Source: Lentimicrobiaceae bacterium | Lineage (GTDB): Bacteria; Bacteroidota; Bacteroidia; Bacteroidales; UBA4417 | Direction of reading: 5' to 3' | Length of the DNA stretch: 64,000 bases | NCBI GenBank assembly: GCA_041660125.1 | Contig: JBAZWY010000004.1 | Location: 165,630 to 229,629 of the forward strand | Part shown: piece by piece, positions 37,336 to 45,339 of the stretch | Position numbering within the stretch: position 1 is the first letter of the stretch | How the letters are laid out: each line of letters opens with the position of its first letter | Notes under the pieces: model-generated | The model's input: only the letters and a program-made list of their open reading frames with translations | Told to the model about the DNA's origin: nothing | The model's database searches: none | Translations under genes and position numbers: made by a program

Positions 37336-40300
37336 CTAATATGAAGAAAAATTATTTACAACTGTTTCACCAAGTTTTGAGCCTCCCCAGCCTCCAACTA
37401 CTCCACCAATCACACCTCCAATTACTGCCCCTGGTATAGCTCCAACGCCTCCAAACCATACACCAATAGCAGCTCCAATTTCTGCTCCTGTCCATGCTCC
37501 GGTAATTCCAAGAGATGATTGGGCTAAAGCCATTTGAGTATTAGCTCCATAAGTATGTCCATCTTGCTGCCATCCATTAGTCACATTAATTCCGCCAATC
37601 ACAAAGCTTACTCCAAGAGACCCATATCCTATTCCTTTTCCCCAATTTGTGGTATTGTATGTTTTAATTCCAAAACCACCATTAAATATTTTTCCTGCGG
37701 CATTGGGTTTTGTATAAAACTTAGGACTAAATCCATTGGAATTATTCATTCTAAAATTACCTCCAAGATTACTCATTCCTGCCCCAAAACCTCCTATTCC
37801 ATTGTTTGTATGGTCAGTTGCTGTTAACCAACCCCCTCCACCTTGGGCTCCACTCACAGCAACCCATTGCATTATTGTAGATGGGCCACCTAGCAGTATT
37901 GCTTTACCCTCGGGAGTATCAATCCAGGTTTTAGCAGAGTTATTATATTGGGTCGCAACTGGAACATAATAGCCCCCATTCTCCCTTATTTTTTCAATAC
38001 TAATCAACCCCTGCCGCCACTGACTTATAAAATCTGAATTACTGGCTAAACTTTGGGCAATACTATATGCCCCGGGCCCATACATATTGTTAAAAGAACT
38101 CGCACTCCCAATCATAAAGTTACCATATTCGTCCCGTAGAGCATCACTCCAGTGGTTTCCTGAGCCAGGTCCAATTGATCCGCCATACCCTGGTCCAAAG
38201 CTACCCTGATAATATGTGTGAGTCATCCCCCAGGAAGGACGCTCGTAATAGCCACTCGGATCCGTATATCTAAGTGGATTATTAAGGCAATAACTATACC
38301 GGTTGTAGCCCTGTGTAAAGTTGGGTGATGATACAAATGGATCAGGGCTTAGTACACGGCCAATTACCGGGTCGTACATCCTTCCGTTCATATTTATTAA
38401 GCCAAAGCCATCCAAATGCTCATGGCCGGTATAGCCACGGGCTATTAGGCGCGGGGCTTTTACATTATAATCAGTCCAATCGGTGGGGTTTCTTCTTCTT
38501 CCCCAGGCATCGTAGCTGTAACGCTCGGCTAATTTGCGGTCCTGTTTAAATAAAGCGGTAATTGAGCCCTGGCGGTCGGTACATACATAATACAGGGTGT
38601 CTTTGGTAACAGTACCTGTTTTCCATATAATATAAACAGCAACCAGGCCTGTGCCACCCATTATATAATGTATTTTCTTGGTGGTTGCCGAAGTTGAGTC
38701 TTTTTCGTAGCTACCCGCATAAAAATTTGTGGTAGTATTATTCAGCGTATCCGTACAAACGGTTTTTACACGTTGTTCGTCGGGGCCGTAAGTAATGGAA
38801 TAAAGTACAGGTTTCTTGTACTGTTGTATTGTATTAACCTTGTTAAACTTGGTGTAGGTTATATTCTGCAAGGGCGGGGTTACGCTGCCAGTGATTTTAG
38901 TAACTGTTGTAAAAGCGTGCACTTTGGCGGGGTCGTATGAATATGTACCACCATCGTATTTAGAAGTAATGTTTCCATTGCCTGAATAGGCAATATTTTG
39001 TGCTGTCAATGTTTTATATTTAGTACTGGTAATCCTGTCGAGGTTATCGTAGGTAAAGTTTTCGTACTGGTGGGTAATGCTGTCCTTGCGGAACATTACA
39101 TTGCCGACATTAGGATGGTTAACGGTATAGGTTTCGAATTGCATGCCTCCGTCAGTTATTACCTGCGACAGCTGATCCATATCATAAGTGTAATTTGTGA
39201 AAAGCCCGTTGCCAAATACAGTTCGTAACGGCATACCATGCGAGGATATATCATAGAGTTGCCATAATGTATAATTATCGCTAGTACGGTTTACTTTAAC
39301 TAACGTACCCTTGTCGAATACGTTGGTAACGGCAAACCCGGTTTCAGGATAAGTAATTTTGGTATTATTACCAAATATATCGTAGGTGTAGGAGGTAGTA
39401 AATTTAGACGCCTGGCCGGGAATTGTTTGCACTACGGTTGCAGGCCATCCATAAGCCGCATCGTAGGTAAACTCCTGCTTTGCGCCATTGGCACCCGTAA
39501 TTGAAGCTAGTTGCCCTATTGCCCTGCCGGAAGTATTATATACATAGGTGGTTAAATCGCCGCCTAGTGTTTTCTGCGTTACCCTGCCAATGGCATCATA
39601 AAGCAAAGTATCTTTATTGCCGTTGGCATCGGTTTGCGAGGCAAGTTCGCCAAAAGCATTGTACGTATAGCGGGTGGTGCCTGCATCGGGGTCGGCAAGG
39701 GTTAGCTGGCGGCCATAGGCATCGTAGGTTATGGTGGTTACCGCGCCTGCAGCGGTAATCTGCCAGGGTTGGCCGCTGCTGTGGTACAGGTAGGCAATGC
39801 TGCCCCCATTATCGATAGCCGCTGTAACGTTGCCAAGGGCATTCACGGTTTTGGTTGATGTACGGTTGGCCACATCGGTGTTGGTAACTGTTTTACCGCT
39901 ATAGCTTGATTTGTTGGTCATAGCGCGGTCGTCTATTTCGGTGTTACGGCCATAAGCGTCGTACTTATACTTTACCGGTTGAGGCGTTTCACCTGTATAG
40001 TAAGGCAAGGATTGTGAGGTTAACATGCCTGCTTTTCCATAGGGAGTAGCCGGTACATAGTTAACATCGGTATATATCGTTTTGTTGGCAAAACCGGTGG
40101 ATTCGGAACGGATGGCGCGCCCGAGTATATCGTAATAAGCTTTGGTTGTTGGCTTGCCTGGCACAAAAATAGTACTGCTATAAAAGGTTCCTGTTGGATC
40201 GCCGGTTTTGGACCAGGCCAGGCGTTGGGTAATGGCGTATCCCTCGGGCATCAGGGTTGTATCCATACGACCGAATTCATCATAACGGTAAGTAGTAATC

Positions 40301-43300
40301 AACCCGTTTGCCGCGCTGTCGCTAAGTACTACTCCATATTTATAATCATATGTCCGTGATGACTTATAGCCCACCGGGTTAATGGTACGGACAGGCATAC
40401 GGTATTTGGGGTCGTAATCCGTCCTGCTGATACGAGAGGTGATACCGATAGCTGAAATGGTAATACTAACCGGCAAACCATAACTATTAAAAGCATAAGT
40501 ACTGGTTATTGGTTTAGCCTGGTCAGCAAAATCAATAGTAGAGGTGCAATTACCCTTTGTGTCGTAGGTAAATGATTTTTTTGTTGCAAAAGCCGGCTGC
40601 CCGGTATAAACCGAGGATACGATGCTGCTGTTTAGCCTATTCTTATAAATATATCCTCCCTTGAATATATAATCATTGGTAGTAGTTACCACGGCATCGG
40701 ACCCAAATGTAGCTTTGTCGGTTAACATATTGCCCGCATTATCAAACGTATAATCGTGTGTAACAGTGGTATTGGTTACCAGGTCGTTGCTGATATCCTG
40801 AAGCGGATAACTGTAATACCTTTTCGTACCTGTTGACAGCGTTGTAAAAGTAAATGTTTTTTTATTAGCTGCTACATTTGCCACATATGAATTTACGGCA
40901 AGAGGATACCTGAAAAAATAGGTGCTGTTGATGCCGTAGCATGATTCGGTTTTTATATTCGAAAGGTTATTTACGCTTACCAAGGTGTCGAAACCCAGGT
41001 ATCCTTTGCCCTGCAAATGGCTGCGAGCGCCTTTGTAACTGAAATCGGTAACGGAATATACATAATTACCGCCGTTCATGTAACCCGCGTGGGTAGTTAA
41101 GGTGGAAACTACAAATTGGGCTGGTTGAATGTTGATTACAGGAAAGATAGCTATTTTCCCTTTGGTGTATTTGCCGGTACCTGCCGCTGCCAGCGAAATA
41201 TAGGAGAATCCTGCCGCCTGGTTTAGCCCGTTGCTGATGGTTTGGACCCGGTATTTCTGCAATCGGGCATAATTTTTATAAAGTATTCCGTTAAAATTAG
41301 CAGTAACCGGCCAAGAGTTGGGGTACAACATTAGCGCGGCATCTTTAATGCCATCTCCGTCAATATCCGCAACATCAATTGATACCGGCTTATTGGTAAG
41401 TCCATCATCAATTTTTTGAAATCCATATAAACTTAATTCGCCATCAAACTTTGAATAATATTTTACAAAACCAGGACTTTCGTTCAATACGCCATTTCCA
41501 TCGTTAACAATACCAGGAGGACATGTAGCTAGTTGAGAGTAATAGTCAAGAATATCATCCCTGCCATCACCATTGAGGTCCGAAATATAAAAATCGCTTT
41601 CTATATTAGCCACAGTGCCGTCCAGTTCTACATCAGTTCGTGTGTTTTTGGGGCCAACCAGCCCAATTCCGGTACTTAAATAGACCGAAAATTTAAAATC
41701 ATTTGCATTACGTATAATTATATCAGTTTTACCATCCCCGTTAAAATCACCGGTTTTGAGGTTCGCTGAATTGGCCCCTGATAAAGTCCCATTCACAAGG
41801 ATGGTAAATGACAAATTGGATTCGTTTAATTTGAATACTGTATAGGTACTGTCCTTCAATACAAAAATTTCATCAAGGCCATCCCCGTCGAAATCAATTA
41901 TTTCAACTCTCTGAGGGGTATCAAAATTGGGGTTCGCGCTTAACGAAAAACCTGTTACTATACTGAAGTTATTATCCGGATTAATAATCAGCAAATCGGT
42001 TTTGCCATCGCTATTGAATTGACCTGGTATGATTTTAACGCTGGTGGTGGGTAAATAAATATCATCGGTAACATTTCCCCTTACCAGGGTATTATTGATA
42101 ATTGAAAAATTGAAAGCCCAATAATAGGTATAATAATAGGTGTTACAACATTGGCCAGGATTGACAGATTGTATCACATTAAGCACAGTGCTATCAGCTG
42201 TTTTCAAATTCATACTGTTTAATTCCAAAGCCGCATTAACAACATTTCCGATAGCAGTAGTGTCTGTTTGCTGTATTGCACCCACAGGTGTTTCGCATGG
42301 ATAGCATTCAGTTACAGTAGTGGTTTCTGTTGTTTTAAGTAGAATTTCGTTTTTACCATCATTGTTTATATCGGCGATATACGCCCCATCGCAATTTTTA
42401 ACACCAATATTTCCTGATGAAGTGTTTGTTATGGTTGTTCCGTTTGATTGATAATAGTACCACTGCGTATAATACGTAGCTGAGGATAACTTACGTAAAA
42501 CAAACTGATCCGTAAGCCCGTCGCCATTAAGATCACTAAAATAGGATTTTGTAACATAACCCGGATAACTACCGGTGATAGAAATTTCAGAAACCGTATT
42601 ATTATCCGGACCCCAATTTATCACAGTAGGATTTATCGCTTTGCTAACACCATTTAAAGTTCCGGTTTCCTGTATTTGCGCAAGCCTGCTTTTTTCAAAA
42701 TCCAAATTAGGAGTTGCAACAGGCAGATAGGTGAAGGAATAGTGCCTTACAGGTACCGTCTCGCTGATCATATCGATACCTGTCAACCGTTTGGTTTGAC
42801 TGATGCTTATGCCACCCACGTAATACATGATCTTATCGGGCCTGTCCTCGTAAGTAAACTTCAGCACATTGTAAGGCGCCAGGGCAGGATTTGTTGTGTT
42901 ATTCCCGGTATATTCAATCCTGTCGATATAAGAGTCGCCATTAATTTCGGTATAGTAATATTTGATATAGTTGCCATTAATATCTGTCATTTGGTTAAGC
43001 CTCCAAATTAACGCTTTTGAAGAGCCTGGAGCTTCGATTCTTGAATCAGCAGTTTCACCATAGGCAAGCTTCATTCCATCTTTTGTAGTAATATTAAAAG
43101 AGTTTGGCCCAATGCTTGAATTAGGGTTAAGCGAAACAATATAAGCAAATCTTGCTGATTCGGTAGCATATTCGGCTCCATTACTGCCACCGGTATAAGC
43201 CGTTATACGGTTTCCATCCCATTCTAACTGGTCATCGTTTTGCAGGTCAACTCCTTTGATTATACCATCGTGATAATAATCCTTTGGCGCGCGCGTAATA

Positions 43301-43581
43301 GCAGATAAGCCGGCTATATTCCACCCAACACCCAGAACGCCATTTGATACCTGACTATTGTACTCGATTGAAATATTGGGTTGCAACCCCGCCGTACCGG
43401 GCGAAACAAATATGGGTATGGAGTAGGTTGCCGCCCCGTTTCCGTTAACACTGGCACCGCCGGGAGTTGCGCCTACCATAAGGGTAGTATCGAGTTGACG
43501 AATCGGCAATGTAACCTGGGCTGATAAAGAGATAAAGGAAGAAACTGCGATGATAAATAAAAGGTTATAACGGGCTCTCAT
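37336..43581 (-). CDS. SpvB/TcB-N - FG-GAP/VCBS - YD-repeat - RHS-core polymorphic toxin (fused BC-type cocoon) with Gly-zipper C-terminal tip
   Basis: 2081 aa. Signal peptide. SpvB-type N-terminus (YSIPIFVSPGTAGLQPNISIEYNSQ...GVGWNIAGLS). At least 7 DxNGDGxxD loops. Many YD repeats. Core end GYTGHEHLD...MNGRMYDPVIGRVLSPDPF...RYTDPSGY at aa 1731-1778. 303-aa tip encoded by nt 37339-38247. Confidence 0.92.
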   Translation of the reverse strand: MRARYNLLFIIAVSSFISLSAQVTLPIRQLDTTLMVGATPGGASVNGNGAATYSIPIFVSPGTAGLQPNISIEYNSQVSNGVLGVGWNIAGLSAITRAPKDYYHDGIIKGVDLQNDDQLEWDGNRITAYTGGSNGAEYATESARFAYIVSLNPNSSIGPNSFNITTKDGMKLAYGETADSRIEAPGSSKALIWRLNQMTDINGNYIKYYYTEINGDSYIDRIEYTGNNTTNPALAPYNVLKFTYEDRPDKIMYYVGGISISQTKRLTGIDMISETVPVRHYSFTYLPVATPNLDFEKSRLAQIQETGTLNGVSKAINPTVINWGPDNNTVSEISITGSYPGYVTKSYFSDLNGDGLTDQFVLRKLSSATYYTQWYYYQSNGTTITNTSSGNIGVKNCDGAYIADINNDGKNEILLKTTETTTVTECYPCETPVGAIQQTDTTAIGNVVNAALELNSMNLKTADSTVLNVIQSVNPGQCCNTYYYTYYWAFNFSIINNTLVRGNVTDDIYLPTTSVKIIPGQFNSDGKTDLLIINPDNNFSIVTGFSLSANPNFDTPQRVEIIDFDGDGLDEIFVLKDSTYTVFKLNESNLSFTILVNGTLSGANSANLKTGDFNGDGKTDIIIRNANDFKFSVYLSTGIGLVGPKNTRTDVELDGTVANIESDFYISDLNGDGRDDILDYYSQLATCPPGIVNDGNGVLNESPGFVKYYSKFDGELSLYGFQKIDDGLTNKPVSIDVADIDGDGIKDAALMLYPNSWPVTANFNGILYKNYARLQKYRVQTISNGLNQAAGFSYISLAAAGTGKYTKGKIAIFPVINIQPAQFVVSTLTTHAGYMNGGNYVYSVTDFSYKGARSHLQGKGYLGFDTLVSVNNLSNIKTESCYGINSTYFFRYPLAVNSYVANVAANKKTFTFTTLSTGTKRYYSYPLQDISNDLVTNTTVTHDYTFDNAGNMLTDKATFGSDAVVTTTNDYIFKGGYIYKNRLNSSIVSSVYTGQPAFATKKSFTYDTKGNCTSTIDFADQAKPITSTYAFNSYGLPVSITISAIGITSRISRTDYDPKYRMPVRTINPVGYKSSRTYDYKYGVVLSDSAANGLITTYRYDEFGRMDTTLMPEGYAITQRLAWSKTGDPTGTFYSSTIFVPGKPTTKAYYDILGRAIRSESTGFANKTIYTDVNYVPATPYGKAGMLTSQSLPYYTGETPQPVKYKYDAYGRNTEIDDRAMTNKSSYSGKTVTNTDVANRTSTKTVNALGNVTAAIDNGGSIAYLYHSSGQPWQITAAGAVTTITYDAYGRQLTLADPDAGTTRYTYNAFGELASQTDANGNKDTLLYDAIGRVTQKTLGGDLTTYVYNTSGRAIGQLASITGANGAKQEFTYDAAYGWPATVVQTIPGQASKFTTSYTYDIFGNNTKITYPETGFAVTNVFDKGTLVKVNRTSDNYTLWQLYDISSHGMPLRTVFGNGLFTNYTYDMDQLSQVITDGGMQFETYTVNHPNVGNVMFRKDSITHQYENFTYDNLDRITSTKYKTLTAQNIAYSGNGNITSKYDGGTYSYDPAKVHAFTTVTKITGSVTPPLQNITYTKFNKVNTIQQYKKPVLYSITYGPDEQRVKTVCTDTLNNTTTNFYAGSYEKDSTSATTKKIHYIMGGTGLVAVYIIWKTGTVTKDTLYYVCTDRQGSITALFKQDRKLAERYSYDAWGRRRNPTDWTDYNVKAPRLIARGYTGHEHLDGFGLINMNGRMYDPVIGRVLSPDPFVSSPNFTQGYNRYSYCLNNPLRYTDPSGYYERPSWGMTHTYYQGSFGPGYGGSIGPGSGNHWSDALRDEYGNFMIGSASSFNNMYGPGAYSIAQSLASNSDFISQWRQGLISIEKIRENGGYYVPVATQYNNSAKTWIDTPEGKAILLGGPSTIMQWVAVSGAQGGGGWLTATDHTNNGIGGFGAGMSNLGGNFRMNNSNGFSPKFYTKPNAAGKIFNGGFGIKTYNTTNWGKGIGYGSLGVSFVIGGINVTNGWQQDGHTYGANTQMALAQSSLGITGAWTGAEIGAAIGVWFGGVGAIPGAVIGGVIGGVVGGWGGSKLGETVVNNFSSY

Positions 43582-43620
43582 AAAGTAAATATTTATTGTT
43601 TATAATAGGGATTACAATAA

Positions 43621-43691
43621 GGTTTAGGTTTAGGTTTAGGTTGAGGTTGAGGTTGAGGTTGAGGTTGAGGTTGAGGTTGAGGTTGAGGTTA
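43621..43691. repeat. Heptamer tandem array (GGTTTAG x3, GGTTGAG x7)
   Basis: Direct observation. Followed by a partially complementary segment CTCAACC...CTTAACCTCAA at 43694-43730. Confidence 0.9.
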
Positions 43692-43745
43692 AGCGCATAT
43701 ATACTCAACCTATACCTTAATCTTAACCTCAATAAAATAGTAGAA

Positions 43746-44174
43746 TTACTCCTTTAATACTTTTAACACATGTTGCGTGTCCGGTAATTTGATTTGCAGT
43801 ATATATAATCCATTAGGCACATTGCTCAGGTCGCATTTAATAGTTTGCTGGCCGGTATAAACGGCATTGGAAATAAACCTGCCGCTGGCATCGTGAATAG
43901 TACATGTAACTTTTGAATCCTCTGTTAAGCCGGGGCATTCGATGGTTACCAGCCCTTTGGTAGGATTTGGATAGAGTTTAAACTCGCGGCCTTCGTCGGT
44001 AACAACCACAGCTTCTTTTGATTCAATGTTTGCCGGATCAACCTGGCTGCTTTTTAGCAGGGTTACCTTTGTACGATTACCGGCAGCGTCATATACATAG
44101 GTATATTGCTGGGCCAAAAGTTGGGATAATGAAATCAGAAGAAGGCATGCACTGAGAAGTAAATGTTTTATCAT
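43746..44174 (-). CDS. Small secreted protein: signal peptide, a single YD repeat, and a T9SS type-A C-terminal sorting domain
   Basis: 142 aa. LLAQQYTYVYDAAGNRTKV (YD motif directly after the predicted signal cleavage site). C-terminal LYPNPTKGLVTIE...GLYILQIKL...VLKVLKE (Por_Secre_tail pattern). Confidence 0.8.
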   Translation of the reverse strand: MIKHLLLSACLLLISLSQLLAQQYTYVYDAAGNRTKVTLLKSSQVDPANIESKEAVVVTDEGREFKLYPNPTKGLVTIECPGLTEDSKVTCTIHDASGRFISNAVYTGQQTIKCDLSNVPNGLYILQIKLPDTQHVLKVLKE

Positions 44175-44407
44175 AGCAATATTTTTTAAGGTTAAAATGC
44201 AGGACCCAGGTTAAAATAGTTTTATTATAGGCCTTAATCCAGATAAATAGAAAAGGTAATACGGTTTTTAGCCTGAGTTATTAATAAATTATTAAAAATT
44301 ATGACTTATTCAAACCCAGCCCTATTGTCCCCATTGATTTTTAAGCATAAAACATTTTCAACAAATAAAAAATTAACCCTTTTAAATAATCAATTAATAA
44401 CTTTTGC

Positions 44408-44415
44408 TATATTTG
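44408..44415 (+). promoter_or_regulatory. Candidate -7 box TATATTTG
   Basis: TAnnTTTG match about 105 nt upstream of the 44520 ORF. Confidence 0.35.
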
Positions 44416-44519
44416 TAAAACTTATTCATGCACCTTTACTCTATTGTAGAATTTTCATTGTTAAAATTGAATTGTAAAAACATCTAACCTATTTTTATCA
44501 CTTAAAAAATCTTATAACT

Positions 44520-44990
44520 ATGACTGACAATCGCATTAATTTTTCGATTCCCGATGCCGATCAGACTAGAATTGATGAGGCATTTACAACAATTAACGAT
44601 ATCCTGAAACCTTTCATGGTAGTACTTTCGGATACAGATCGCAAAACGCTCCCCAAAATGGCTGATGCCACCCTTCCTTTTGTTGAAAAAGTTGCATCTT
44701 ATGCTGTTACACATCCCCAGTTTAAACCCGACTATGTAAATGCTGAAGAACTGGCTACAGATGTGAACGGATTTAAAACAAGCAACCGTATTCTTGCATC
44801 TGCATCCCAACTTGTCCGCTTGCTCGAAGATATTTCGATTTTGTCCGGCTCCGAGGCATATTCGTCGGCTTTAAGTTATTACCGTAACGTTAAGGTTCAG
44901 TCGCGTGATGGCCGCCCCGGCGCTAAAACTGTTTGCGATGATTTACAACAACGCTTTGAGGGGCAGGGAAAACGAGCACCTGCCAAATAA
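44520..44990 (+). CDS. Hypothetical protein (156 aa, helical, no recognised motif)
   Basis: Clean ORF followed by a strong terminator. Function unknown. Confidence 0.6.
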   Translation: MTDNRINFSIPDADQTRIDEAFTTINDILKPFMVVLSDTDRKTLPKMADATLPFVEKVASYAVTHPQFKPDYVNAEELATDVNGFKTSNRILASASQLVRLLEDISILSGSEAYSSALSYYRNVKVQSRDGRPGAKTVCDDLQQRFEGQGKRAPAK

Positions 44991-45026
44991 TCAATCGCTT
45001 ACAACATGTATTAAGGTGCATTTATT

Positions 45027-45064
45027 AGCGGAGGGGGGCTTGATTAGAGCCCCTCCTGCTTTTT
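45027..45064 (+). terminator. Rho-independent terminator
   Basis: AGCGGAGGGGGGC-TTGATTAGA-GCCCCTCCTGCT followed by TTTT. Confidence 0.7.
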
Positions 45065-45108
45065 ATATAAACTTACTGCGTAAAAAAATAAACTGGTACA
45101 GCTATAAG

Positions 45109-45240
45109 ATGAATTAGTTTGAGTAAAAAATGAACTAATTCGAGTTAAAATTGAATTAGTTCAGGTAAAAGATAAATTAGTACTGATAAAAGACGAATTA
45201 GTGCTGATAAAAGACGAATTAGTTCTGATAAAAAATGAAC
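45109..45240. repeat. Six tandem 21-bp units (consensus AYGAATTAGTTCTGATAAAAR), iteron-like
   Basis: atgaattagtttgagtaaaaa / atgaactaattcgagttaaaa / ttgaattagttcaggtaaaag / ataaattagtactgataaaag / acgaattagtgctgataaaag / acgaattagttctgataaaaa / atgaac. Confidence 0.9.
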
Positions 45241-45339
45241 CTCCTATCGCACGTTTGTAGCATTTGCGGCACTGGAACAGAGGTTCCATTTAAAAGCAAA
45301 ATCTCGTTTCCATTTCCCTGAATAAAATTTAATATAGCA

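Noticed and set aside
37534-43011. Numerous 74-111-aa ORFs on the + strand inside the Rhs gene
   Set aside because: They are antisense shadows of a 6.2-kb gene with unambiguous SpvB, FG-GAP, YD and RHS motifs.
34131-45339. Considered a T6SS- or Tc-toxin (TcA-dependent) delivery locus for the Rhs protein
   Set aside because: No VgrG, Hcp, PAAR, TssB/C or TcA-like gene is present within the window. Delivery is therefore left open.
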